Below are positions 37,681 to 47,105 of a stretch of DNA of 48,505 bases, piece by piece. The DNA is from Nitriliruptorales bacterium (GTDB lineage: Bacteria > Actinomycetota > Nitriliruptoria > Nitriliruptorales > JAHWKO01). The notes under the pieces were generated by a model that saw only the letters and a list, made by a program, of their open reading frames with translations, was not told the DNA's origin and did not search any database. The stretch covers positions 1-48,505 of the forward strand of contig DASZZX010000260.1 in NCBI GenBank assembly GCA_036260415.1. Reading direction: 5' to 3'. The translations under genes were made by a program, and so were the position numbers. The number at the start of each line of letters is the position of its first letter. Position 1 is the first letter of the stretch.

Positions 37681-39819
37681 GTGACCATGCTCACCCCCCT
37701 GCAGGACCATGCGCTGCTGCTGTTCTGGCTGCAGATGCTGGTGCTCTTCACCGCGGCTCGCGGACTGGGCCTGCTGGCTCAGCGCATCGGCCAGCCCGCG
37801 GTGGTCGGCGAACTGACGGCCGGCATCCTCGTCGGACCATCGCTGCTGGGACGGCTGTTCCCGGAGGTCGCCCTGTGGCTGTTCCCAGGGGACCCGCTGA
37901 GCAGCGGCGTGCTCCTGTCGGTGGCATGGGTCGGCGTCGTGCTCCTGTTGATCGAGACGGGCATCGAGACCGACCTGGATCTGCTGGTCCGCATCGGCAG
38001 ATCGACCGCCTTCGTGCCGGTCGGCAGCCTGCTTCTGCCGCTCGCGTTCGGTATCGGCATGGGCTTCGTCATGCCCCCCCAGTTCCTGACCGGGGGGAGC
38101 CGGACGATCTTCGCGTTGTTCCTGGGCATCTGCTTGGCGGTCTCGTCCCTGCCGGTGGTCGCAAAGATCCTCATCGAGATGAACCTTATGCGACGCAACA
38201 TCGGCCAGGTCATCCTCGTGGCCGGCATGGCAGATGACATCGTGGGATGGGTCATGCTCAGCACCCTGGCCGGGGCGGCGAGCAGCGGCCAGGTCCAGCC
38301 GGTCAGGCTCGGGCTGATCGTGCTGGCGATCGGCGGCTTCATCGGTTTCGCCTTCACCGTCGGGCAGAGCGCGACGAACGCGTTGCTGCGACGCTCCCTC
38401 AGGGCCTCCGACGGGATGGTGCTGCCCATGACCGCGCTCATGGGCATCGTGTTCACCTTCGCCGCGCTCACTCAGGCCATCAGGATCGAGGCGGTGTTCG
38501 GTGCGTTCGTGGCCGGCATCGTGATCGGCCGCTCCCGCTTCCTCCGTCCCGAGCTCGAAGAGGCGATCCACGCCTTCAGCCACGGCGTCTTCGCCCCGAT
38601 TTTCTTCGCTACTGCCGGGATGTTCATGGACCTGTGGCAGCTCGCCAATCCGACGGGGCTGCTGTGGGCGGCGATCGTCATCGTCGTCGCCAGCGTCGGC
38701 AAGCTGGCCGGTTCCTACGTCGGGGCACGTGGGCCGCTGGGGCACCGCGAAGCGATCGCCGTGGGTATCGGACTGAACGCGCGTGGCGCCCTCGAGGTGA
38801 TCATCGCGACCATCGCGCTCAGCTTGGGCGTGTTCAACCAGCAGACCTACACGGTGATCCTCCTACTCGCCCTGAGCACCTCTATCGCCGCCCCCCCGTT
38901 CCTGCGTTGGGCCTTGAGCCGCGTGGAGATCTCCGGTGATGAGGCGGCACGCCTGGAGCGTGAGGCCTTCCTCGCCTCCAGCGTCATCGCCAAGGCACGC
39001 AACGCCCTCCTGCCCACGCGCGGTGGGGCCAACTCGGCGCTGGCGGCGCGTGTCCTCGGACTCGCCCTGCAGTCCGACGCGCACGTGACGGTCCTCAGCG
39101 TGGTCACGTCGGACGACCAGGACGCCGCGTCGCGTCGCGCACGGGTCGAACCGGTACTGCAGGCGCTCGACAGCGACCGCGCCGAGTTCCGGATCGAGAC
39201 GAACGACCAGCCCGTGCAGGCGATCCTCAGGGAGGCGAGCCTCGGCTACGACCTCGTCGCCCTCGGCCTCAACGAGGACTTCCGTGGCAGCCACGAGCTG
39301 TCGGCCACTCTGCAGGCTCTGCTGGCGAACAGTCCGTCGCCGGTCCTGATGGTCCGTCGCGGGACGGACCTCGACCCCGACGACGGCTTCGCCGAGTTGG
39401 ACCTGCGCCGGATCCTCGTGCCGGTGACCGGCACGCTCGCCGGACGGGGCGCCGAGGAGGTCGCGTACACGCTCGGCGGGCGGCTCGACATCCACGTCGA
39501 CGCCGTCCACGTCGTCAAGCGCCGCGATCGCAGACGCGGGGGGCAGGCGGAGCCGTCTGCCAGGAGGCAGCTCGACCGCGCCCGCGACCTCTCGCAGCGC
39601 ATGGGCGGCGGCGCGTCCCTCGTCCTGCGCACCCGCACAACGGCGCACGAGGAGATCGTCCGCGCCGCCGATGAGCACGACAGCGACCTGATCGTGCTCG
39701 GAGCCGAGCTGCGCTCCCACGAGGACCGCCCGTTCCTGGGGCACGGGACCGAGTACGTCCTCGAACATGCCCGGCAGACGGTGATCGTCATGGTCTTCAC
39801 CGATAACCACGTGGGCTGA
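37681..39819 (+). CDS. CPA2-family cation:proton antiporter fused to tandem USP-like domains (paralog of 31681-34869)
   Basis: GQPAVVGELTAGILVGPSLLG plus multiple helices, then USP-like modules (ALLPTRGG...YDLVALGLNEDF; ILVPVTGT...DLIVLGAELRSHEDRPFLGHGTEYVLEHARQTVIVMVF). GGGGAGGG lies 6 nt upstream of GTG 37681. An alternative ATG is at 37687. Confidence 0.85.
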   Translation: MTMLTPLQDHALLLFWLQMLVLFTAARGLGLLAQRIGQPAVVGELTAGILVGPSLLGRLFPEVALWLFPGDPLSSGVLLSVAWVGVVLLLIETGIETDLDLLVRIGRSTAFVPVGSLLLPLAFGIGMGFVMPPQFLTGGSRTIFALFLGICLAVSSLPVVAKILIEMNLMRRNIGQVILVAGMADDIVGWVMLSTLAGAASSGQVQPVRLGLIVLAIGGFIGFAFTVGQSATNALLRRSLRASDGMVLPMTALMGIVFTFAALTQAIRIEAVFGAFVAGIVIGRSRFLRPELEEAIHAFSHGVFAPIFFATAGMFMDLWQLANPTGLLWAAIVIVVASVGKLAGSYVGARGPLGHREAIAVGIGLNARGALEVIIATIALSLGVFNQQTYTVILLLALSTSIAAPPFLRWALSRVEISGDEAARLEREAFLASSVIAKARNALLPTRGGANSALAARVLGLALQSDAHVTVLSVVTSDDQDAASRRARVEPVLQALDSDRAEFRIETNDQPVQAILREASLGYDLVALGLNEDFRGSHELSATLQALLANSPSPVLMVRRGTDLDPDDGFAELDLRRILVPVTGTLAGRGAEEVAYTLGGRLDIHVDAVHVVKRRDRRRGGQAEPSARRQLDRARDLSQRMGGGASLVLRTRTTAHEEIVRAADEHDSDLIVLGAELRSHEDRPFLGHGTEYVLEHARQTVIVMVFTDNHVG

Positions 39820-39983
39820 CGACGAGCCGAGCGTCCAGCTCGTTCGCCGGGTGTGGGGAATCGCGCAGCCGAGCGGCCCGCCGGCACCGAGAGCCGGGCG
39901 GCACCGGCAGACGGGCCTTCAGCGGTACGGTCGCCCCCCGACCGCGTGGCGGCGGGCACGACGACCGGCACCGAGGCCCCACC

Positions 39984-40640
39984 GTGACCACGTTGTTGCT
40001 CGTGGAGGACCACGCCAGCTTCCGCGAGGCGCTGCAGGCGGTGATCGCGATGGAGGATGACCTCACGGTGGTCGCCCACGTCGATCGTGGAGAGCAGGCA
40101 GGACAGGCCGCCGCGGAGCACCGGCCCGACGTCGCCGTGGTCGACCTCGATCTCCCCGGAGTCGACGGCATCGAGGCGGTGCGCGCGATCCGCCGTAACA
40201 GCCCGGGCACGGCCTGCCTGGTCCTGACCGCCTTGCGGGACGAGGTCGAGCTCGGCCGGGCGGTGCAGGCCGGAGCAGCCGCGATCCTGCACAAGGCGGT
40301 CGAGATCCAGGAGCTGCTGGCGGCGATCCGCCGAGTGGCCTCCGGGGCCACCTTGCTGTCCCCCGCCGACATGAGCCGGTGGCTGCAGGCCGCGTCCGCC
40401 GCGCGGGACCGCCAGTGGCTAGGGGAGCTGCTCGACCGCACGCTCTCCCCGCGCGAGAAGGAGGTCCTCGAGCTGCTGGCGCAGGGAGGGACGAGCCAGG
40501 CCATCGCCGCGGAGCTGAACATCAGCGTCGAGACGGTCCAGACGCACGTGCGCAACGTGCTGGCCAAGCTCGACGTCAGGTCGCGGCTCGAGGCTGTCGC
40601 CAAGGCCATCCGGCTGGGGCTCGTGGACCCACCTTCCTGA
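39984..40640 (+). CDS. NarL/LuxR-family response regulator (receiver + HTH)
   Basis: LLLVEDH, VAVVDLDLPGVDG, CLVLTA and ILHKAV in the receiver; LSPREKEVLELLAQGGTSQAIAAELNISVETVQTHVRNVLAKL is the LuxR HTH. Confidence 0.9.
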   Translation: MTTLLLVEDHASFREALQAVIAMEDDLTVVAHVDRGEQAGQAAAEHRPDVAVVDLDLPGVDGIEAVRAIRRNSPGTACLVLTALRDEVELGRAVQAGAAAILHKAVEIQELLAAIRRVASGATLLSPADMSRWLQAASAARDRQWLGELLDRTLSPREKEVLELLAQGGTSQAIAAELNISVETVQTHVRNVLAKLDVRSRLEAVAKAIRLGLVDPPS

Positions 40641-40818
40641 GACGCGGGGATCGGTCGGCGCTCGGCACCCGTGCTCGGGCATGGCCTGGTCCCTGTTGCT
40701 GGTCGGTGTGGTCGCGGACGGCGACGCCCGACCGCGTCGGATCCGACGCCGTGGGACGTGCGGGCGGCTCTGCTGCTGACCCGGTCCTACGCTCGCTGCG
40801 GGTCGGGCGGAGACGCGG

Positions 40819-41760
40819 ATGGCGGACGGCTTCCTCCTCGTCACGAACGCGCGCGCGGGCGGCGCCGAGGACGATCGGGTGCAGGCCGCCCGCACGGCCC
40901 TGGCTGCCGACGGGCCGGTGGAGCTGCGACCGACCGAGGACGCCGCCGACCTGGACCGCGCGGTCGCCGACCTGGACGGGCGACGGCTGGTGGCGGCTGG
41001 CGGCGACGGGACGCTGCACGTGATCGTCAACCGCCTGCATGCCCAGCGTCGGCTGGGCGAGGTGCCGGTCGCGGTGATCCCGCTGGGCACCGGCAACGAC
41101 TTGGCCCGGGGCCTGGGCATCCCCCTCGACCCGGAGGCGGCCGCCCGGGTGGCCGCCGAAGGCGACCCCCGTCCCCTCGACGTCCTGGTGGACGACCGCG
41201 GCGAGCGGAGCATCAACGCGGTGCACGCCGGGCTGGGGGCGCGGGCCGCCGAGCGCTCGGCGTCCATGAAGTCCGGGCTGGGCCCGCTCGCCTACCCGCT
41301 CGGCGCGCTGATCGCAGCCGTGGGTGAGCGTGGCTGGGAGCTGCATGTGACGCTCGACGACGAGCCGCTGTGGTCGGGCGACGAGCGCGTGCTCATGGTG
41401 GGCGTCTGCAACGCGCCCTCGATCGGTGGCGGCACCCTGCTGTGCAAGGGCGCCGAACCCGATGACGGGCGGCTCGACGTGGTCGTGGTGGGTTCCGTGG
41501 GGCCCGCCGCCCGGGTGGCGTTCGGGGCGGCGCTGCGGCGCGGCGAGCACCTGGAACGCGACGACGTGGTCTCCGCGCGAGGCCGCCGGGTGACGGTCTC
41601 CGGGGAGCCGGTGCGCTACAACGCCGACGGCGAGCTGTCGGACCCGGTGGCGCAGCGCACCTACCGTGTCGAACCCCGCGCCTGGAAGGTGCTGGTCGCG
41701 CCCCGGGGGCCGCAGGGCAACGACCCGTGGGGAGCCGTCGGCGACCCGGGTGACCCCTGA
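40819..41760 (+). CDS. diacylglycerol-kinase-family lipid kinase (DAGK_cat/YegS-like)
   Basis: LVAAGGDGTLHVIVNRL and VAVIPLGTGNDLARGLGIP are the DAGK catalytic-domain motifs. Confidence 0.85.
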   Translation: MADGFLLVTNARAGGAEDDRVQAARTALAADGPVELRPTEDAADLDRAVADLDGRRLVAAGGDGTLHVIVNRLHAQRRLGEVPVAVIPLGTGNDLARGLGIPLDPEAAARVAAEGDPRPLDVLVDDRGERSINAVHAGLGARAAERSASMKSGLGPLAYPLGALIAAVGERGWELHVTLDDEPLWSGDERVLMVGVCNAPSIGGGTLLCKGAEPDDGRLDVVVVGSVGPAARVAFGAALRRGEHLERDDVVSARGRRVTVSGEPVRYNADGELSDPVAQRTYRVEPRAWKVLVAPRGPQGNDPWGAVGDPGDP

Positions 41761-41943
41761 GCCGATGCCCGGGGTCGGCAGCCACCCGACCGACCGGTCG
41801 GCGCCTGCTTGGTCCCTCCACACCGGGTCGTCGTGGGCTACGGTACGGCGGCCGCTCGGTCCGGGGCCCTCTCCGCCGCGGCACGTACCGTGACGTGAGG
41901 ACCCCCACACGGGCGCCCCCACCCGTCGGAAGGTCCGAGAGCC

Positions 41944-44073
41944 GTGGAGAGGCTGGTCAGGCGGTACCGCGCCTACCGGGTGCTGATCTCAGCGTTGGTC
42001 CTCATCGCCATGCCGGCGGTGCTCAGCCTGCCGTCCTTCCTCGACGAGGCCCCGATCCGCGTCGGCGAGCCGGCCCCCCGGACGGTCATCGCCCCCCGGC
42101 TGCAACGGGTGTCCGATGAGGAGGCCACCGAGCGGGCCCGTCGCCAGGCACGCGAGTCGGTCCCTCCCGTCCTCGAGGGCGATCCCGAGGCCAGGATCGC
42201 GGTGGTCGAGGACATCCGCCACGGGTTCGAGGCTGTCGAGGAGGTCCGCCGGCCGCCGCGGGGTCAGGCCGCGGACGCGTCACCTCCCCCGTCACCGTCG
42301 CCGGAGGAGCAGGTGGCGGCCCTGCGCAAGCGGCTGCGGATGCTCGATGACCACGGCCGGCGCATCCTGGTCACGGTGGACGCGTCCACGCTGGACCACA
42401 TCCGGGATGAGACCGTCGGCATCGCCCAGCAGCTGACCCGCCAGCAGATCCGCGAGGATGACCTCGAGGCGGTGCTCGACGAGCAGTTGCGGGTGGAGAT
42501 GGCCGTCCGCGCCATCCCCGCGGACATCGCCGATCGGGTGGTGGAGCCGCTGATCCGCGATGCCCTGCGACCCACCGTGCGCGTCGACCAAGCCGCCACC
42601 GAGATCAGCCGACGGCGGGCCGCCGAGAGGGTCAGCGAGGTGATGCGGTCGTTCCCGTCGGGCTCCGTCGTGGTCTCGGCCGGTGAGGTGGTGTCCCCGG
42701 TGGAGTTCGCCGCGCTGGAACAGGCCGGGCTGGAGGGGGCGGATCCGCGCTTCGAGATCCTGCGGGCGCTCGCGGTGGTGGGCGTGATCGCCCTGGTCGT
42801 GGCCGTGTATCTCCGCGTGTACCGACCCACGGTGTGGCGCTCCAACCGCCGCCTGCTGCTCCTGGCCAGCCTGGTCCTGGGATACACAGCGATCCTCGCG
42901 GGAGCAGGCCTGGTGCTCGACCGCAGCTCGGTGTGGCTGTACGCGGTGCCGTCCGGGGCGCTGGGCATGCTGGCGACCATCCTCCTGGGAGCCCCGGTCG
43001 GTGTGCTGCTCGCGGTACCGGTCGCGGCGCTCACCGCCTTCGTCGCGCAAGGCGCGGCCGGCACCAGTGCGTTCGCGGCGGCGGCGACGCTCGCCAGCGT
43101 GCCGCTGGTCACCCACCTCTCCGCCCGCGGGGACCTGCGGCGGGCAACCCTGATCGCCACAGCCGGCTACGTCCTGCTCGCCGCCACCTTCGTCGGGGTC
43201 TTCGACAGCGCCGGCGAGATCCCGCGCGGGTTGATCGCCGGGGTCACGCACGGGTTGGTGGCGGCGGTGATCGTGCTGGGCGGCCTGCCGTTCATCGAGT
43301 CGGCCTTCGGTCTGGTCACAGCGACCGGTCTGATCGACCTCGCGGACCGCAACCACCCGCTTCTCCGCGAGCTGGAGCAGAAGGCGCTCGGTTCCTACAA
43401 CCACTCCATCGTGGTCGCAACGCTCGTCGAGCGTGCCTGTCGTGCGATCGGTGCGGATCCGCTGCTCGCGTCGGTCATGGCTCTCTACCACGACATCGGC
43501 AAGGTGCGCCGCCCGTACTTCTTCGTCGAGAACCAGTTCGGGATGCCCAACCCGCACGATGGGCTCGAGCCCGAGGTGTCCGCGACGATCATCCACGCGC
43601 ACGTGACCGACGGGATGGAGATGGCACGCTCGTACCGGCTGCCTCCCGAGGTGGTGGAGGGGATCGCCACCCACCACGGGACGACGCTGGTCACCTACTT
43701 CTACCTGGAGGCGGTGCGGCGCGCCGTTCCGGGCGAGCAGGTGGACGAGCAGACGTTCCGGTACAGGGGCCACAAACCGCGGAGCAAGGAGACCGCGGTG
43801 CTCATGCTGGCGGACTGCTGCGAAGCAGCCAGTCGTGCGGCCGCCCAGCACGACCGCAACCTCTCCCAGGTCCAGTTGGAGGAGCTCGTGGACGGGCTGC
43901 TCGCCGACCGTGTGGACGACGGCCAGCTCGACGAGTCGCCGTTGACGTTCGCGGACCTGTCGTCGCTGCGCGCGTCGTTCATCGAGACGCTCGTGGGCGT
44001 CTACCACCCGCGCATTACCTACCCGGAACGTGAGACTGCGCGCGTGCAGGAGCAGCAGCAGGCGCCGGCGTAG
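41944..44073 (+). CDS. 7TM-receptor HD-domain phosphohydrolase (PgpH/YqfF-like; candidate c-di-AMP phosphodiesterase)
   Basis: An N-terminal extracytoplasmic domain and seven hydrophobic helices, followed by an HD domain (YNHSIVVATLVERA...ALYHDIGKVRRPYFFVENQ...HHGTTLV). Confidence 0.85.
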   Translation: MERLVRRYRAYRVLISALVLIAMPAVLSLPSFLDEAPIRVGEPAPRTVIAPRLQRVSDEEATERARRQARESVPPVLEGDPEARIAVVEDIRHGFEAVEEVRRPPRGQAADASPPPSPSPEEQVAALRKRLRMLDDHGRRILVTVDASTLDHIRDETVGIAQQLTRQQIREDDLEAVLDEQLRVEMAVRAIPADIADRVVEPLIRDALRPTVRVDQAATEISRRRAAERVSEVMRSFPSGSVVVSAGEVVSPVEFAALEQAGLEGADPRFEILRALAVVGVIALVVAVYLRVYRPTVWRSNRRLLLLASLVLGYTAILAGAGLVLDRSSVWLYAVPSGALGMLATILLGAPVGVLLAVPVAALTAFVAQGAAGTSAFAAAATLASVPLVTHLSARGDLRRATLIATAGYVLLAATFVGVFDSAGEIPRGLIAGVTHGLVAAVIVLGGLPFIESAFGLVTATGLIDLADRNHPLLRELEQKALGSYNHSIVVATLVERACRAIGADPLLASVMALYHDIGKVRRPYFFVENQFGMPNPHDGLEPEVSATIIHAHVTDGMEMARSYRLPPEVVEGIATHHGTTLVTYFYLEAVRRAVPGEQVDEQTFRYRGHKPRSKETAVLMLADCCEAASRAAAQHDRNLSQVQLEELVDGLLADRVDDGQLDESPLTFADLSSLRASFIETLVGVYHPRITYPERETARVQEQQQAPA

Positions 44074-44159
44074 TTGCCGCCGCGCGGCGTCACCTGGAGG
44101 GACACCGGCGGCTGCCGCCCGTCAGCCGGCGCCAGGGTCGCCGTCGGGGGATCGTCTGG

Positions 44160-44606
44160 TCAGCCCACCTGCGGAGGCTCGGACGCAGGAGCCCCTGGCA
44201 CGGCCGGTTCTTGCCCCGGTTCGAGTTCCAGCGCGAGGGAGTTGATGCAGTAGCGGAGTCCGGTTGGTGGCGGGCCGTCGCGGAACACGTGGCCGAGGTG
44301 GGACCCGCAGCGGCCGCACAGCACCTCGGTGCGCGTCATCCCATGGCTGCGATCGTCCTCGAAGCGGACCGCGTCGTCGCCCAGCGGCGCCCAGAAGCTC
44401 GGCCAGCCCGTGCCTGACTCGTACTTGGTCGGGGAGCCGAACAGCTGCTGCCCGCAGGCGGCACAGCGGTAGGTCCCCGGCGTCTTCACGCCGCAGTAGG
44501 CACCACTGAACGGAGGCTCGGTGCCCTTCTCCCGCAGCACGCGGTACTGCTCAGGGGTCAGACGTTCCCGCCACTCGCGCTCGCTCAGCTCCGCATGCTC
44601 GGCCAT
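44160..44606 (-). CDS. msrB: peptide-methionine (R)-S-oxide reductase
   Basis: [11 protein letters not shown]...GWPSFW...[16 protein letters not shown]...RYCINS is the SelR/MsrB signature with both CxxC pairs. Confidence 0.95.
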   Translation of the reverse strand: MAEHAELSEREWRERLTPEQYRVLREKGTEPPFSGAYCGVKTPGTYRCAACGQQLFGSPTKYESGTGWPSFWAPLGDDAVRFEDDRSHGMTRTEVLCGRCGSHLGHVFRDGPPPTGLRYCINSLALELEPGQEPAVPGAPASEPPQVG

Positions 44607-44807
44607 GTCCCTGCTCCTCGTGTCCAGGGCGGCGGCGCCGCGCGAGTCTACGCGACGCCGCTCGCCCGACGCGGCCCCGACCCCGCAGGGACGGCACCAC
44701 CGCCGACCACGGACGCTCGTCCAGGCCCCCCATCAGGACGTCGTTAGCCTGGCGGGGATCCGCCCCCTGCGGGGGACGTCGCCCCGCGCCACGCGGGAGG
44801 AGCCCCG

Positions 44808-46049
44808 ATGACGACCGATGCCGAGCTGCTGTGGGGCCTCGGCACCCTGGCGGCCATCATGGCCGCGGCCCTGCTCGCCCACCTGCTGGCCCTCCGTGCC
44901 CTGTTCCGCTTCGGGTGGCGGACGCCTACCGCCCAGCGCCTGCAGGAACGCGCACGCTGGCCGGCCAGGACCGCGACGGTGGTGCTCGCCGCGGTCGTCG
45001 CGCTCCCGGCCGCCGGGCTCCCGCCCGCCCTCGCTGCCCCGGTCGGGCACGTCCTGCTCCTCATGCTGATCGCTGCGGCGGCGTGGCTCGCCGTGCAGGT
45101 CGTCCACGTGCTGGAGGACACGGCCCTCACCCGGGTCGACGTCGCCGCGCGCGACAACCTCCGTGCCAGGAGGAAGAAGACCCAGGTCTTGATCCTGCGC
45201 CGCGTGGCGGTGGTGACCATCCTGATCCTGGCCAGCGCGGCCGCACTGCTGACCTTCGAGCAGGCCAGGGCCGTTGGGGCGAGCGTGCTGGCGTCGGCGG
45301 GCATCGCCGGTCTGCTCGCCGGGGTCGCGGCGCGCTCCACACTGGGCAACATGGTGGCGGGCATCCAGATCGCCTTCTCGGAGCCGATCCGGCTGGACGA
45401 CGTCGTGGTCGTGGAGGGCGAGTGGGGACGCATCCAGGAGATCACGCTCACGTACGTGGTGGTGCGCCTGTGGGACAACCGCCGCCTGGTCCTGCCGACC
45501 ACCTACTTCGTCGAGCAGCCGTTCCAGAACTGGACCCGTGAGAACGCGCAGGTGCTAGGCACGGTCGTGCTGCACGTCGACCACCGCACCCCCGTGGAGG
45601 ACGTGCGCCAGGAGCTGTTGCGCGTCCTCGAGGCGTCCGACAAGTGGGATGGCCAGGCCTGGGTCCTGCAGGTCGTGGACACCACCGAGCACACCATGGT
45701 GCTGCGGGCGCTGATGTCGGCCGAGGACGCTCCCACCGCGTGGGACCTGCGCTGCGAGGTGCGCGAGCAGCTGATCGGCTTCCTGCAGCAGTCCCACCCG
45801 GAAGCGCTGCCGAGGATCAGGCTCCAGCTGCGCGACGGTCGCGGTCCGTCGGAACCCCAACCGTCGCCGCAGGCGGCGTCACGCCGGGCTACGTCGGACG
45901 GCCAGGACGCGTTCGGGTCCGGGGGGCCCCAGGACGCGTTCGTGCGCGCCGGGTCACAGGACACTGCCGCGTCCCGGGAACCCCAGGACGCGTTCGCGTC
46001 CCCCCGGTCCGGGGACCGGTTGGGGTCGGACGAGCCTCACAGCTCGTAG
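44808..46049 (+). CDS. MscS-family mechanosensitive channel
   Basis: GIAGLLAGVAARSTLGNMVAGIQIAFSEPIRLDDVVVVEGEWGRIQEITLTYVVVRLWDNRRLVLP is the MscS TM3/beta-domain core. GGGAGGAG Shine-Dalgarno precedes the ATG. Confidence 0.85.
   Translation: MTTDAELLWGLGTLAAIMAAALLAHLLALRALFRFGWRTPTAQRLQERARWPARTATVVLAAVVALPAAGLPPALAAPVGHVLLLMLIAAAAWLAVQVVHVLEDTALTRVDVAARDNLRARRKKTQVLILRRVAVVTILILASAAALLTFEQARAVGASVLASAGIAGLLAGVAARSTLGNMVAGIQIAFSEPIRLDDVVVVEGEWGRIQEITLTYVVVRLWDNRRLVLPTTYFVEQPFQNWTRENAQVLGTVVLHVDHRTPVEDVRQELLRVLEASDKWDGQAWVLQVVDTTEHTMVLRALMSAEDAPTAWDLRCEVREQLIGFLQQSHPEALPRIRLQLRDGRGPSEPQPSPQAASRRATSDGQDAFGSGGPQDAFVRAGSQDTAASREPQDAFASPRSGDRLGSDEPHSS
45902..46009 (+). repeat. 27-nt x4 tandem repeat inside the MscS C-terminal tail (9-aa units [GPS]QD[AT][FA]xxxx)
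   Basis: CCAGGACGCGTTCG recurs at 45902, 45929 and 45983. A degenerate copy (CACAGGACACTGCCG) sits at 45956. The period is exactly 27 nt. Confidence 0.75.
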
Positions 46050-46501
46050 GTCCCGACCAGACGCGCCTGCTCCAGCACGCGGCCCTCGATGCGCTCCAGG
46101 AGCTCCAGTCGCGTCAAGCCCGCAGCCGCCCCGAGCTCAGCGTCCAGGGCGAAGAGGTGGAAGTAGTACCGGTGCGTCCCGTGCTCCTCCGGCGGTGCGG
46201 GACCGTTGTAGCCCCTGTTGCCGAAGTCGTTCTGGCCCTCGGTGTACTGGCCGCCCCCGCCCCTCGGGATCCCAGTGACGTCACCGGGGATGCCGTAGAC
46301 CACCCAGTGTGTGAAGCCGCGCACGAGCGGGGCGTCCGGGTCGTGACAGACCAGGGCGAACTCGCGCGTCCCCTCCGGCACCTCGCGCCACTCGAGCGGC
46401 GGGGAGACGTCCTCGCCGTCCCCCGCGTGCTCGGTGGGGATCTGGTCCCCGTCCTCGAACGCCGAGCTGGTCAGCTGCAGGTCGCCAAGGTTGAGCCCCA
46501 T
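46037..46501 (-). CDS. YbhB/YbcL-family PEBP (Raf-kinase-inhibitor-like) protein
   Basis: SPPLEW...CHDPDAP...FTHWVVYGIP...GYNGPAPP...HRYYFHLFALD are PEBP motifs. Confidence 0.9.
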   Translation of the reverse strand: MGLNLGDLQLTSSAFEDGDQIPTEHAGDGEDVSPPLEWREVPEGTREFALVCHDPDAPLVRGFTHWVVYGIPGDVTGIPRGGGGQYTEGQNDFGNRGYNGPAPPEEHGTHRYYFHLFALDAELGAAAGLTRLELLERIEGRVLEQARLVGTYEL

Positions 46502-46562
46502 CGCCTGCCCTCCGTTCGACGGTTCCAGGCACGAACGTAGCCGCCAGGCCTGTGTGGGTGGG

Positions 46563-47105
46563 TCAGTTCAAGCCGAGGCGGCGGCTGCACACCGGCCATG
46601 CCTCCCAGCCCTGACCGACCAGCACCCGCTCGGCGACCGCGATCTGCTGCTCGCGGCTCGCGCGGTGGGCGGCATCCGGCATGCCCGGGGGCTTGTACTC
46701 GTCCCAGGTGGCCGGAAGGAACTGCAGCCCGCCCTCGAACATCCCGACGCTGGATGACCAGTTACCGCTCGACTCGCACACGGCGAGACGATCCCACATC
46801 GAGCCCGTGGGCACCGCGCGCTTGGGCGCGACCGCCTGCCGCTGCAGTTTGATGGACTCCGCCACAGCGGGAGGGCGGGCAGGGGCGTCGGTCGGGAGCG
46901 CGGCCGCTCGGCCGCTCAGCTCGAACAGCCGGTGCACGTCGTGGCGGCCGGCCGCACGCACCAGCGCGTCCCGTTCGGCGGCGACGGCCGGTCGTCTCGA
47001 GGCGACGACCAGCGCGTTGCTCGCGAGCGTGGTGGTCATCAGCATCAGGACGGTGATCACGGACGCACCGGCGCGCCCGTTCCCGGGGCGAGGATCGGAT
47101 GGCAT
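46563..47105 (-). CDS. rpf: resuscitation-promoting-factor (Rpf) family secreted transglycosylase
   Basis: C-terminal WDRLAVCESSGNWSSSVGMFEGGLQFLPATWDEY...ASREQQIAVAERVLVGQGWEAWPVC is the Rpf domain. ATG 47105 has AGGAG 6 nt upstream and is followed by a TM/signal segment. Confidence 0.8.
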   Translation of the reverse strand: MPSDPRPGNGRAGASVITVLMLMTTTLASNALVVASRRPAVAAERDALVRAAGRHDVHRLFELSGRAAALPTDAPARPPAVAESIKLQRQAVAPKRAVPTGSMWDRLAVCESSGNWSSSVGMFEGGLQFLPATWDEYKPPGMPDAAHRASREQQIAVAERVLVGQGWEAWPVCSRRLGLN

